Assembly: GCA_963662965.1 (NCBI GenBank)
Contig: OY759970.1
Coordinates: 3,649,204-3,713,203, forward strand
Direction: 5' to 3'
Origin: Vicinamibacterales bacterium
Lineage (GTDB): Bacteria; Acidobacteriota; Vicinamibacteria; Vicinamibacterales; UBA8438
Length of the DNA: 64,000 bases
Made by a program: the position numbers and the translations under genes. This document shows positions 32,630 to 43,635 of this stretch, in pieces (position 1 is the stretch's first letter; each line of letters starts with the position of its first letter). The notes under the pieces are model-generated. The model was given only the letters and a program-made list of their open reading frames with translations. It was not told the DNA's origin and did not search any database.

Positions 32630-33517
32630 ATGCGTCTCGCATCACTCATTGCGTCAGCCGCCGGCATCCTGGTGCTCTTGTCGGCCTCCGGCGTGTCGGC
32701 CCAGAGCGCAGCCGAGGAGCCGCGCTCCGGGTGGTACGTCGGCGGCGGCATCGGGGCCCCCTGGCCATCGAACCTCGCACAGAGCGGCTGGAATCGGGAT
32801 CCGATCTGCTATCCGACCGACGCGTGCTTCGACCAGGATCCCAGGCCCGATATTTCCGGATACCGCTGGCACTACGACATCGCCGCGGCCACCGGACCCG
32901 TGTTCGAGCTCTCGACCGGCCTGTTCGTCGATCGCGCGCGCGTGGAGCTGTCGTTCAGGCAGAGGTGGAACGACCTCGATCAGATGTTCCTCAGCGTCAC
33001 CAACTACGAGGGGGTGGCCAGGGAGGATCGGGGCAACAGCACGGTCACGGCTGACACCCGGTCGTCGATCGACCATCTGGCCGTGCGCATGCTGACGGTC
33101 AACGCGTACTACGATTTTGCTGCCGGGTCCGTGGTCTCGCCGTATCTAGGCGCCGGGGTGGGGCCCGCGTTCGTCACGGTGGCCGGAGTGCGTTTCTCAG
33201 ACGAGTACAGGGACACGGCCGCCAACAGCGACGTCTACGATCCGCCCCTGTCGTTCTACAACTCCAGCCTGGACGACGACCTGTCCGACATGGTGCTGGC
33301 GGGGCACCTGCACGCGGGCGCCGACGTCCGTATTGCCGACAGGACCTGGCTGGGGCTGAAGATGACCTACTCGATGCTGGACGATATCGAGACCCGCGGC
33401 AGATACGACCTACACGCCGCTAACGCGCTGGACCCGGACTTCGAGTACCACGACACGTTCGCCGCCGCGCGCTCCTGGACGCTGATGTTCACGGGCAAGT
33501 ACGCCTTCGACAACTGA
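32630..33517 (+). CDS. Outer-membrane beta-barrel protein (opacity/P44-Msp2-like)
   Basis: GGAGG RBS, signal peptide, GWYVGGGIG, VNAYYDF, SPYLGAGVG, end GKYAF. Confidence 0.75.
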   Translation: MRLASLIASAAGILVLLSASGVSAQSAAEEPRSGWYVGGGIGAPWPSNLAQSGWNRDPICYPTDACFDQDPRPDISGYRWHYDIAAATGPVFELSTGLFVDRARVELSFRQRWNDLDQMFLSVTNYEGVAREDRGNSTVTADTRSSIDHLAVRMLTVNAYYDFAAGSVVSPYLGAGVGPAFVTVAGVRFSDEYRDTAANSDVYDPPLSFYNSSLDDDLSDMVLAGHLHAGADVRIADRTWLGLKMTYSMLDDIETRGRYDLHAANALDPDFEYHDTFAAARSWTLMFTGKYAFDN

Positions 33518-33547
33518 GCCGCCGCGGAACGCCGTTGGCGTGGTAGA

Positions 33548-33590
33548 CGTAGCCGATCCGCCTGTGTCGTAAACGGTCGTTTGCGACACA
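33548..33590. repeat. 41-bp direct repeat with a 28-bp palindromic core (copy 1)
   Basis: CGTAGCCGATCCGCCTGTGTCGTAAACGGTCGTTTGCGACA. Confidence 0.9.
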
Positions 33591-33665
33591 CGCGCGCGAG
33601 CGCCCTCCGGCGCGCGCCGCCGCGTGTCGTAGCGGCGAACGCGCTGCGTCATCTGGTCGAGCTGA

Positions 33666-33850
33666 GTGACCGGGACGCCAGCCCTCGTCGTGCTCAATGC
33701 CGTCTCCCCGCACGGCCACGCTGCCGATCAAGCAGTGTACGCGCTCCACACGCTCACCCTGGACGTGTGCCCCGTCCGCGTCGGCCACCACGTGGCCTTT
33801 GCGCGGGCGCTGCTGACCGGCCAAGCCGCCCAGGAATATGACCCCGGCAG
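33666..33850 (+). pseudogene. ParA-family partition ATPase C-terminal remnant
   Basis: PALVVLNAV...VCPVRVGHHVAFARALLTGQAAQEYDP resembles plasmid ParA C-termini. Confidence 0.5.
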
Positions 33851-33908
33851 AGTACCGTGCTTCGCCATCGTGCTTTCCGTGAGAGACCGCTCACTCTGTC
33901 TCCGCGCG

Positions 33909-34706
33909 TCAGAAGCGGAGGCGCAGGCCACCGGACATCTGGACGCCGCCGACGTCAATGGCAACGGTGCCCCCATCTGACGCGTCCACGTCGACCGAGC
34001 CACGGCTGATCCGAACCGTGCCGCCAATCCCTACCCGGTCGGAGAAGTAGACGGCAATATCGGCACCAACGTGCCCGCCGGTGGTCGAGGCCGATTGCGC
34101 CCGCCGACGGGCCCCGGCAAACGTCGCCTCGGTGTACGGATATGTCTGGTCAAACATCACATCGGTGACCAGATCCTGCGTGACGCTGAAAAAGGTCGGC
34201 CCGTCGAACAGGGAAATAACCGCCCAGTCAGCTGGCATCACCCAGAGGGCCTGCACGTGCACAGCCGTTTCCTGGCGGGCAAGTCCCGCTTCGGTCCCAC
34301 GAATCTGCCGCAGCCTGTCGAAGACGAAGGGGTGCGGGAGCCGCCCGGTGATGCCGGCCTCGTCCTCGTGGGAGACCTGCGACACCCCGGCGCCGACCGC
34401 GAAACGCCCCCAGATCCGAACACCGCCACTCAGGTCGACCAGCGTGTCGCCGCCGCCACGGTAGCGCGTATCGAAAGAGCCCATTTCAGGACCGAACAGG
34501 GGGTGGCTGAAGGTGATGGTGTCGGAAAACTCGGCGGACGCCGTCTGAGTCCCTGCGTTGATCATGAGGAACCCGCGTGCGTCCGAGGCCTGCGCTGCCG
34601 CGGGCCCAGCGCCGCCGGCGAGCGCGGCGAGGACCAGGATCGCGCACGCCGCGGGGACAGGGACGGCCCGGCAACCAACGGGGTGGAACAGGGATCTCCT
34701 CGTCAT
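33909..34706 (-). CDS. Outer-membrane beta-barrel protein
   Basis: Signal peptide, alternating beta pattern, terminal GGLRLRF. Confidence 0.75.
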   Translation of the reverse strand: MTRRSLFHPVGCRAVPVPAACAILVLAALAGGAGPAAAQASDARGFLMINAGTQTASAEFSDTITFSHPLFGPEMGSFDTRYRGGGDTLVDLSGGVRIWGRFAVGAGVSQVSHEDEAGITGRLPHPFVFDRLRQIRGTEAGLARQETAVHVQALWVMPADWAVISLFDGPTFFSVTQDLVTDVMFDQTYPYTEATFAGARRRAQSASTTGGHVGADIAVYFSDRVGIGGTVRISRGSVDVDASDGGTVAIDVGGVQMSGGLRLRF

Positions 34707-34725
34707 GGTCTGTGAGCGGGATCGC

Positions 34726-36594
34726 CTACAAGCCAACCGCGTACAGTGCCTGATCGACCGCCCGGTGGGTCGCGCTGTCGGTGCCGAACAGGTCGACCGC
34801 CGATTGGCGGATCACAGCCGCGGTCAGTGGGAAGGTCGTTCGGGCTGGCATCAGATGGGTCATCGCCCGAAAGAAGGCTCGTTCGACGTCGTGACGATTG
34901 GCGCCACCCACACCCTGGACGATCCGCCCGGTCGTGCGGTTCTGCCCCCCTTCGATGGCGAGATAGAACGCGTGACTGAGGATGGTGGAGTTCCAGTGCA
35001 CGCCGCCATTGTCACACCCCAATGCGATCAAGATCTGGCCCTCCACCACACACACCCCGGTGTCGGAGATCGTCTGGCCGTCGGAGACGGCGATAAAGCG
35101 GACGTCACGGCCCATCGCATCCGGGTAGCGAAAGACACCCCTATACAGGGTGACGGCGATCGCGCGAGGGTCCTCCAGCGATCGGGTCGTCCGCCCGGTG
35201 TCCTCGCCCATCACGTAGTCCGCGCGGAGCGGGCCAGCCCCCGGCGCGTGCACCGAGAACTCGACGGCGGTGCCGATGATGTCGGAGTACGCTTCGTGGA
35301 CGGCGCCCCCCTCGTTCGAGAGCAACCGGAACCGGCCCTCGTCATCACAGAGAAACGTGGGACGGTGGTCCGCTGGGCCAGGCCCAGGAAAGGCAAAGTC
35401 GCAGCGGTACGTCTGGCCCTCGACGGTGAAGCTCGACGGGCCCCGGGTGGAGGTGTAGTGGTCAAGCAAGCCGTCACCCGTGCGGTGGCGCACCGCGACC
35501 TCCGTGACGCCATGCATTAATTCGTGCGCGACCACATCGGCCGACACAATCGGCGTCCCGTCGTGCTCCTCGCCGAAGACGAAGGCCCCGGTCCCTTCCG
35601 GTCCGAACGGCGGCGGCGCGTAGAAGGCATTGCGGAAGGCGTTGTTGACGAGAGTGAGGATCCGGCCGTTCCGCCCGTCGACGCCGTGCCAGCCTTGCCG
35701 CTGGGCGAGGTAGTCGTAGGTCAAGCCGACGTACGCGTGCGCGTCAACCACCGCCGGGTCGCTCCAGACGTTGTCGGCGTCGCGCGCGATGTCGCTCGGG
35801 ACCCAGGTGTCGCCTCTCGGGTCAAGCAGGGCATCGAGGCGTGACTTATCACGGCGCATGTCGAGCGTGACGATCTCGGCGGGACGCAGCCGGTCGTACG
35901 CCTCAAAGCCCCCGCCGGCCGCCGTCGCGCTCACCTTCTGGCGGCTCCCCGTGATCCCCATACCGGCGCCCACCGCGGCCTGCGCGACCACCTCGTCCTC
36001 CACATGGACGATCGCGCCGCTGTGGGCGTCGAGAAAGTAGGTTCGCGCATTGCGCATCGTCGCGTGATAGGCGAGGACGTACGTGTCACGGGGCGTCGGC
36101 AGAATCACCAGCGTCGGCGGCTGGTCGGTCGCCGGGCCGGTGCCGGCCTGCTGTTCGATCAAGGCGAGCGCCTCGTCCGGGGGAAGCCACGGGGTGGTGT
36201 CGAGATCAAGCGCCTGATAGATCGTACCAAAGATCGAGACGATCACCCCAGTGGCGAGCTGCCGGGAGAGACCTCCGCCATAGACCGGCACGCCCGCGTG
36301 AAACTGTCTGAAGGATTCATGGACGTGCCCCGGCAGTGACGGATCGGGCCACCGGGACGCCAGGGCCAGCGCATCAGCCCGCACCAACGCGTCAACCTGT
36401 GCGTCGAGGCGGCGCAACACCGACACGTCCGTCGTGGCCGACAGCGCCATGATCTCCAGCGCTTGTCGGCCGGCGGGGTCCTGCCCGGCCGCCGGGCTGA
36501 AACCTCCTCCGGCCAGCGTCACCGCCAGCGCCGTCGCGGCGGTGAGGGCGAGCGTGACGACGCGATGATTCAACGATGTATTTCGGATTTCCAT
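34726..36594 (-). CDS. M4 (thermolysin-family) metallopeptidase with propeptide
   Basis: FRQFHAGVPVYG propeptide, NAFY, DVVAHELMHGVT, GAVHEAYSDI, DNGGVHWNS. Confidence 0.9.
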   Translation of the reverse strand: MEIRNTSLNHRVVTLALTAATALAVTLAGGGFSPAAGQDPAGRQALEIMALSATTDVSVLRRLDAQVDALVRADALALASRWPDPSLPGHVHESFRQFHAGVPVYGGGLSRQLATGVIVSIFGTIYQALDLDTTPWLPPDEALALIEQQAGTGPATDQPPTLVILPTPRDTYVLAYHATMRNARTYFLDAHSGAIVHVEDEVVAQAAVGAGMGITGSRQKVSATAAGGGFEAYDRLRPAEIVTLDMRRDKSRLDALLDPRGDTWVPSDIARDADNVWSDPAVVDAHAYVGLTYDYLAQRQGWHGVDGRNGRILTLVNNAFRNAFYAPPPFGPEGTGAFVFGEEHDGTPIVSADVVAHELMHGVTEVAVRHRTGDGLLDHYTSTRGPSSFTVEGQTYRCDFAFPGPGPADHRPTFLCDDEGRFRLLSNEGGAVHEAYSDIIGTAVEFSVHAPGAGPLRADYVMGEDTGRTTRSLEDPRAIAVTLYRGVFRYPDAMGRDVRFIAVSDGQTISDTGVCVVEGQILIALGCDNGGVHWNSTILSHAFYLAIEGGQNRTTGRIVQGVGGANRHDVERAFFRAMTHLMPARTTFPLTAAVIRQSAVDLFGTDSATHRAVDQALYAVGL

Positions 36595-36688
36595 TTTGGT
36601 CGACCCGGTTCGGCACCCCTATAGTCCAAACGCCCTTCCGTGCGGAAGTGATCCATGGTGCGCCTATTGCCCGCCTTTGAGACGCGAG

Positions 36689-36729
36689 CGTAGCCGATCC
36701 GCATGTGTCGTAAACGGTCGTTTGCGACA
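36689..36729. repeat. 41-bp direct repeat (copy 2)
   Basis: 40/41 identical to 33548-33588. Confidence 0.9.
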
Positions 36730-37464
36730 GATCGATGTGATCGGCAGACCGGCTCCGGGTGCAGACCGACCGGCGTCGCATCGTTCCGGGTCGCAACACC
36801 CTCTGCTCCAATGCGTCGAGGCCCCCTTCCGAGACGCTCCCTCTCCGGGGCTCAGCCGTGCAGGATGCGCGTCACGTGGCGATCTCGGCCTCTGATGACG
36901 GCGGCGCATACCGCCGGAGCAGTGATCTTATCTGTTCCGCAAATACGCGACCGAACGGATTCTGGACGATCCAGCTCGCGCAGGGCGCCGCCCTGCGCCA
37001 CCGTCAGGCCATACCCAGCCGGTAGCCCCGCCCGTCTGCGGAGGTCGCGGCGCCGACCCGCGGCGTCTCCCACGAAAGCGCAGGTCGAAGTCCGCCGCCG
37101 TCGCGTGCTGGGGGTCCTGGCTGGCCTGGATGCGAAGCACGACCCGCTCCACTTGCGGCTCGTCGCGGGCGGCGCCGGCCGCGAGCATGGCGACGCGATC
37201 GCCGTGCAGCCGGAACGCTTCATTGGCTAGCGTCGAGGTCAGAAACCGGAGCGAGCGCGGCCACGCGGTTTCGATCGCGTGCCGCGTCGCCGAGGCATTC
37301 TGGCGCGTGCTGAACCGTCGCCGCGCGCCGGTTGTAGTAGTCATCAATGAAGCGGTTGAGAAAATACTTGGTCGTCGGGTCCCAATGGCCCTATCGTCCT
37401 ATAGTCTCGTCGTCTTGGGCGCACCGGGCGGCACGACTGACTCGAGAACTCGCCACCGAATGCT

Positions 37465-38835
37465 ATGGATATCGTCCTCTCCTTCAGCGCGCTGTGCATC
37501 CTGCTGGTGGTCGGCAAGCTCCTGCGCGTCGAGATTCGCCTGTTCCAGAAGCTCTACCTGCCGGCCTCGGTGATCGGAGGCCTGCTCGGGCTGGTGCTCG
37601 TGCAGACGATCGGTGGCTCCCTGCCCGCAGCGACGATGGCGGGGTGGAATCAGCTGCCGGGATTCCTCATCAACATCGTCTTCTCGGCCCTCTTTCTGGG
37701 AGTCTTCATTCCACCAATCAGACGCATCTGGGGGATCGCCGGGCCGCAGTTGGCGTACGGCCAGATTGTCGCCTGGGGCCAGTACGTCGTCGGCCTCGGG
37801 GTGGCGATCGTGTTGCTGACGCCGGTGTTTGGCGTCCCGGGGGCCATCGGCACCATCCTTCCGGTCGGCTTTGAGGGGGGGCACGGCACCGCCGCCGGGT
37901 TGGCGCCGGTCTTCGACGCCTATGCCTGGCCCGAGGGCAGGGACTTGGCTCTCACGTCGGCGACCTGCGGCATCCTGTTCGCCATCATTGTCGGCATGGC
38001 GCTCGTCAACTGGGCGGCGCGCCGGGGCTACACCAGGCAGCTGAAGCGCATTGAGGACATGCCCGAGAGCAGTCTCGTCGGCGTCTACGACCCAGCTGAG
38101 CGGCCGAGCGCCGGGAGCCAGACCGTGTCGGCGGCGTCAATCGACAGCCTCGGCTTCCATCTCGCCATCATCGGTCTCGGTGTCTTCATCGGCTATCTGA
38201 TCCACGGCGGCCTGGTACGGGTCGAACTCCTGGTGCGCCCGCCGAGCACCGACGGCCGCGCCTTCTTCGACAGTTTTCCACTCTTTCCACTGTGCATGAT
38301 CGGTGGCTTGGTGGTGCAGCTCTTCTTCGCCAACTTCACCACGCGCAATCCGCTCGACCATCGTCTCATGCAGCGCCTATCGGGCACCGCCATGGACTTC
38401 CTGGTGGTGGCCGCGATCTCGACCATCAACGTGGAGGTGGTGCTGGGAGGGCTCGTGCCGCTGGCGATTCTGGTTGTCGCCGGGGTGCTGTGGAACGTCT
38501 TCTGCGTGATGTGGCTGGCGCGCCGCCTCTTGCCAGCGGATTCGTGGTTCGAGCGCTCGATCGCCGAGATGGGGCAGTCGATGGGCGTCACCGCCACCGG
38601 GCTCCTGCTGTTGCGCGTCGTCGATCCCGAAGGCGCCACCGACGCCACCTCCGCCTTCGGCTACAAACAGCTCATGCACGAGCCGTTCATGGGCGGCGGG
38701 CTATGGACCAGCGCTGCTATCCCGCTGGCGCTGGCCTACCATCCGGTGTGGGTGCTCGGCATCAGCGCCGGAGCGGTGGCGCTCTGGCTGCTGGTGTGGG
38801 CGCTACTCTTTCGCGGACGGCTCGGCCTCGGTTAA
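37465..38835 (+). CDS. Sodium:glutamate symporter (GltS/ESS family)
   Basis: LPASVIGG, GFEGGHGTAAG, GQSMGVTATGLLLLRVVDP; multi-pass membrane protein. Confidence 0.88.
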   Translation: MDIVLSFSALCILLVVGKLLRVEIRLFQKLYLPASVIGGLLGLVLVQTIGGSLPAATMAGWNQLPGFLINIVFSALFLGVFIPPIRRIWGIAGPQLAYGQIVAWGQYVVGLGVAIVLLTPVFGVPGAIGTILPVGFEGGHGTAAGLAPVFDAYAWPEGRDLALTSATCGILFAIIVGMALVNWAARRGYTRQLKRIEDMPESSLVGVYDPAERPSAGSQTVSAASIDSLGFHLAIIGLGVFIGYLIHGGLVRVELLVRPPSTDGRAFFDSFPLFPLCMIGGLVVQLFFANFTTRNPLDHRLMQRLSGTAMDFLVVAAISTINVEVVLGGLVPLAILVVAGVLWNVFCVMWLARRLLPADSWFERSIAEMGQSMGVTATGLLLLRVVDPEGATDATSAFGYKQLMHEPFMGGGLWTSAAIPLALAYHPVWVLGISAGAVALWLLVWALLFRGRLGLG

Positions 38836-38867
38836 TCGCGTCCCGCCTACACTCCGATCGATCCTGG

Positions 38868-40353
38868 TGTGTGGCGTCAGCCTAATGTGGACCACGTAGG
38901 GTCGTGAAGTAAGAGACACTTTCCTGCCAGGGGAGGAGGCACCCCATGGCGAAGGCAGGATCGACGGAGAAGGTGGTTCGGGAGATTCGGCGGCACACCC
39001 GCCGGCGGTTCTCGGCCGAAGAGAAGATTCGGATCGTGCTGGAGGGGCTCCGCGGGGAAGAGAGCATCGCGGCGCTCTGCCGCCGCGAAGGCCTGGCGCC
39101 GAATCTCTATTACCGCTGGAGCAAAGAATTCCTTGAGGCCGGCAAGAAGCGGTTGCTGGGCGATACGACACGCGAAGCGACGTCGACGGAAGTCCAGGAC
39201 CTGCGCCGCGAAAACAGCCAGCTCAAGCAGGTCGTGGCCGAGGCGGTCCTCGAGAATCGCGTACTCAAAAAAATCTGGTGGTCTCCGGTGCGGGGGACGA
39301 TACGTGCGACTGACCGCGGCCGAGAAGCACGAGATCATCCGGCTTGTGGAGGGCTCGGATCTGTCGGTGCGCCGTACGCTGCGGGAGCTGGGGGTTCACC
39401 GGTCCACGTTCTACGCGTGGTATCGCCGCTACCAGGCCGTGGGCGCGGCCGGGTTGGTCCCCCGGCCGGCGGCCGCCCGGCGCCACTGGAACCGCATCCC
39501 GCTGCGGGTCCGGCACCGCGTCGTGGAGGCCGCCCTGGCCGATCCGGTAAAGTCGCCCCGCGAGCTGGCGTGGCAGTTCACGGACCGGGAGTGCCACTTT
39601 CTCTCGGAGTCCAGCGTGTATCGCATCCTCAAAGCCGAGGATCTGATCACCAGTCCGGCGTATGTGGTGCTCTCGGCGGCCAAGACCTTTGCTCATCCGA
39701 CGCACCGGCCCAACGAGTTGTGGCAAACCGACTTCACCTACCTGCAGGTTGTCGGGTGGGGCTGGTACTACCTGTCGACCGTGCTCGACGATTACTCGCG
39801 CTACATCTTGGCGTGGACGCTTCGGACGTCGATGCAGGCGTCGGACGTGACCGAGGCGCTCGACTTGGCCCGGGCCCAGGCCGGGGTGGACCGTGTGCGG
39901 GTCGTCCATCGGCCCCGGCTGCTTCGTGATAATGGCCCATGCTACATCTCGCAAGAGTTGGCCGACTACCTGGACACGCACGGTCTGGCGCATACGCGGG
40001 GCGCGCCCTATCACCCCATGACGCAAGGAAAGATCGAACGCTACCACCGGTCGATGAAGAACGTCGTCAAGCTCGAGCAGTACTTTAGCCCGTGGGAACT
40101 CCAACGCGCCCTGGCGCGCTTCGTGGAAGACGACAATCACCGGCGCTATCATGAGTCACTCCAGAACGTGACCCCGGCCGACGTCTACCACGGCCGGCGA
40201 CCGCAGATTCTGGCACGCCGGGAGCAGATTAAGCAGCGAACGTTACGCGCACGACGGAGAGAGAATCAGAGGACGCCGCACCACGCGGCACAACGGCAGG
40301 AAGTCTCTCTTGCGACGCAGCCGCAGTGGTCCGGATTGGTTTGACGACGTACA
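38868..40353 (+). mobile_element. IS3 family element; orfA from 38946, orfB to 40344, A7 slip site 39267-39273
   Basis: 28-bp imperfect IRs TG...GGACCAC; WQTDFTY, LDDYSR, DNGPCY, TQGKIER. Confidence 0.9.
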
Positions 40354-40672
40354 GCTTCCAGCAGCTTGGCGATCTCCACCACCTGTCGGCGCTGCCGGAA
40401 CGCCGTGTACCTTAGCGCTCTCTCGGTGTGGGAGATTACGATCAAGTATCGACTTGGCCGGTTGCCGCTTCCCGAATCCCCGGAGTTGTTCGTCGCCAGT
40501 CGTCGCCAGCGGCCGCAGATCGAACCTCTGCCGTACGACGAACGGAGGCGCGCGCCGGACGTTCGCCGCCGCGCGCTCCTGGAGCGCGACGTCCTAAAAA
40601 AAGCCGCGGCCTTCTTCGCGAAGGACCACTTGTGAAGTTCGCGTGGATCCAGACGGAGAAGGCCGGGCTCCG
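40354..40672 (+). pseudogene. Fused relics: PIN/VapC toxin fragment followed by an IS3 orfA/orfB junction fragment
   Basis: VYLSALSVWEITIKYRLGRLPLP; ERDVLKKAAAFFAK* overlapping VKFAWI. Confidence 0.7.
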
Positions 40673-40694
40673 CCACGATGGCGGATAATACAGG

Positions 40695-41834
40695 GTGGAC
40701 ACGAACCTGATGCGCGGCGTTGAGACCGTCACCCTTCCGCTGCTCCTGACGCTGAGCCTCTCAGGCGCTGTCGGCTGCACCTCGCAGGACACAACGATCA
40801 GCAATGCATCCCTGGGGCTGACGCTGGAGATGTTCCGCGGCGGCGACGCGCCGTGCTACAACCGCACCGTGCAGCCCCAGACTGCCGTGGTCGACACCCA
40901 CGTGCACTTCCGCCCGTTCGGTGGCCCCGCCATCCCGTTCGAGGAGGTCGTGCAGTACTTCGAGGAAACCGGCGTCCTGTTCGCCAACATCGCTGGTATC
41001 GGCCAGATGCTCCCGGTGACTTCCTCCTGCACCTACTACCTGGACTGCCCAGGCACGCTGGTGACGCCGACGCTGAAGAACGACTTCGTCAATGCCGCAG
41101 ACTACGTGACGCAGACCCAGGCCGGCACCCACCTGACGCTCGCGATGACGTTCCCAGATCTATCGCAGCCGGCATCGGTCCTCTCTGGAATGCATCTCCT
41201 GGAGCACGAATACCCAGGCGCCTTCACGTGGATGGGCGAGGTCAACCTCGTGAAGCAGGCGCTGTTCGCCAATGGGCACGACCCGGTCCCGTCAGCCACC
41301 ATCAGCGACTGGGCCCCCTTCATGGAGCGGTTGCTGGCACGCGGTATACCGCTCGCCCTCCATGCGGACCTCGGAAACAACGCCGCCCAGACCCGCTATC
41401 TGCCGTTGATGGAGGAGGTGCTGCGCCTGTATCCAGAGAACGTGATTGTCTGGGTCCACATGGGCCTGTCGCGCGAACTCACCGCCATGGCCGCCGCTCA
41501 GCACGTGGCGCTGATGATGTCGCTGCTGGATCGCCATCCGAACCTGATGCTGGACCTCTCCTGGCGCGTACTGAACGACGCCTACTTCACGACCCCGGAA
41601 GACCGGGCGGTGTATGTGCCGTTTCTGAACGCCTACTCCGACCGGATGCTGCCGGGCACGGACTTCCTCGCGTCGCGGGATAAGGATGTCGATGTCTACC
41701 GCACGGAGTTGGAGGTCACGAGCCGCATCAATCGGTATCTGAGCGACGCCGCCTTCCGAAACATCGCCCTCGGTGAGAACTACTTTCGGTTGCTCGCGCT
41801 CGAGTATGAAGCGCCGCGCGTGTGCGCAGATTGA
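40695..41834 (+). CDS. Amidohydrolase-superfamily protein, probably exported
   Basis: VVDTHVH, WMGEVNL, LHAD, WVHMG, PGTDF. Confidence 0.8.
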   Translation: MDTNLMRGVETVTLPLLLTLSLSGAVGCTSQDTTISNASLGLTLEMFRGGDAPCYNRTVQPQTAVVDTHVHFRPFGGPAIPFEEVVQYFEETGVLFANIAGIGQMLPVTSSCTYYLDCPGTLVTPTLKNDFVNAADYVTQTQAGTHLTLAMTFPDLSQPASVLSGMHLLEHEYPGAFTWMGEVNLVKQALFANGHDPVPSATISDWAPFMERLLARGIPLALHADLGNNAAQTRYLPLMEEVLRLYPENVIVWVHMGLSRELTAMAAAQHVALMMSLLDRHPNLMLDLSWRVLNDAYFTTPEDRAVYVPFLNAYSDRMLPGTDFLASRDKDVDVYRTELEVTSRINRYLSDAAFRNIALGENYFRLLALEYEAPRVCAD

Positions 41835-42033
41835 ACCCGGCCGTTACCAGATCTGCGGCTTGGAATCCTGCGGTGAAGCCGCGCGACCCTGCACGTCGGG
41901 CTGACGGCTCGTGGGCGGCGCGGGAGTGCGGTTCAGTGGTCAGCCCCGGATCAACGTAGGCAAAGGTCGCCGCCTTCGCATCCACGGCCACCGGAAACTT
42001 CATGGTGGAAAAGCGTTTCTTCACCTGCTTCCC

Positions 42034-43224
42034 GGTGCTTGCGCCGGTCGCTGTTGATCGGTCACCTTCAGCTCCGAGGTCGTGACGGAAACGACAGGTC
42101 TCGCGCTCCCGTACACTTGAGCAATGAACGAGATCGACGGGGTGGCGTGCGGCACGCCCGGGTGCGACAACCGTGGAAAACCGGGCCTCAACCTCGTGGG
42201 CTACGGCTCGTTCGCGACGAAGTCCGGTCGACGGCAGCGGTACCGCTGCACCGTCTGCAGGGGCACGCTCAGCACGAACACGGGGACTGCGTACAGCGGG
42301 CTTCACTGCACCCGACGGGAGTTCGAGAACGTCGCAAGCTTACGCGTCGAAGGCGTGAGCATTTCAGCGACAGCCCGGGTCACGGGCCATTCCCGCAACA
42401 CCGTCGCGCGCTGGCTCGAGCGGGCCTCGACGGCCGCAAGGCGCTTCAACGACAAGATGGTGCGCGACTTCGACCTCATCGAGCTGCAGGCTGATGAGCT
42501 CTGCACCTTCATCGACAACAAGAGCAAGACGGTCTGGCTGTTCGCGACCATCGAGGTCTCCTCCCGCTTGTGGGCCGGGAGCGTCCTGGGCCGCCGCTCC
42601 GATCACAACGCCAGGACCGTCATCAGCGACGCCGTCCGCCGTGGGCGCGTCGTTGGATATCCCCTGATCGCCACCGATGGCTTCGAGTACTACGCCGGGG
42701 CGGTTGGCGACCTCTTTGGGCCAGCGTGCGTCTTTGGTCAAGTACTCAAGACGCGGCGGAACAATCGTGTCGTCCGGGTCGAGCGCCGCGTGAAGATCGG
42801 CACGGCGGCTCGCCTGAAGGCCGCGATAGTGGAGTCGGAGGATTCAGAGACCTTGAACACATCCTTCATCGAGCGCCTCAACCTCACAATTCGGCAAGCC
42901 TCTGCCTACCTGCGCCGGCGCTCTCCCTGCCACGCCCGTGGCGCAGACCAGCTCCGAAACCACGTCGAGCTCGTGCGTTGCCACTACAACTTCGTCCGCC
43001 CGCACGGGGCGTTGCGCTTCGGGCGCGAGACCCGGACGCCAGCCATCATGCAGGCCGGTTTGGTGAGCACGCGACTGGCCTTGCGCGACATCTTCACGAC
43101 GCGCCGTGTCACTCTGCGTATATTTGTGGCGGTTGTCGAGACCTGCGCAGCCCAGTTGCCGAGGCTTTCCTGGCCGCACGGGCAGCGAGCGGCGGCCTGA
43201 TCAACAGCGACCGGCGCAAGCACC
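42034..43224 (+). mobile_element. IS1 family element; single-ORF transposase 42124-43200
   Basis: Perfect 26-bp IRs GGTGCTTGCGCCGGTCGCTGTTGATC; Zn ribbon, QADELCTF, TDG, NTSFIERLN. Confidence 0.9.
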
Positions 43225-43404
43225 GCCGGCCGCGCCGGACCCCTGCGCCAGCTCGCTCCGCTCCCCGTGCTGGCACAGGTCCGGCTCCTGCGGCCCCTCG
43301 TCTCTCCAGCGGCGCGGCCTGGCCGACACCCCCGGGTGTCCCGGCGTGCGGGTGTCCCTCGTCAGTGAGAACACACCGCAACCGAGAACCCGAAGGAGAG
43401 ACCG

Positions 43405-43635
43405 ATGCCCGACAAGACCATCACGCTCACCCCGGCCCAGGCGCAGCGCCTCATCAATACCTATTGCTACGTCACCGAGCCCGAGCCCGATGCCGTCGAA
43501 CGGCTGACCCGCGGCGCACTCTCGCTGTACGACGAGCCGGACGGCGACCTCGTGGAGTTTGAGTGCGACGTGTACGGCGAGCCCGTATCCTGGCTGTCGC
43601 TGGATGAGATCGATGCGCTCGTCTACGGCGGGTAA
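43405..43635 (+). CDS. Small acidic hypothetical protein
   Basis: GAAGGAG RBS, 76 aa, GC-rich third codon positions. Confidence 0.55.
   Translation: MPDKTITLTPAQAQRLINTYCYVTEPEPDAVERLTRGALSLYDEPDGDLVEFECDVYGEPVSWLSLDEIDALVYGG

Noticed and set aside
36928-37400. Possible gene fragment and a res-like tract near 36931-36969
   Set aside because: No recognisable motif or consistent frame; too weak to call
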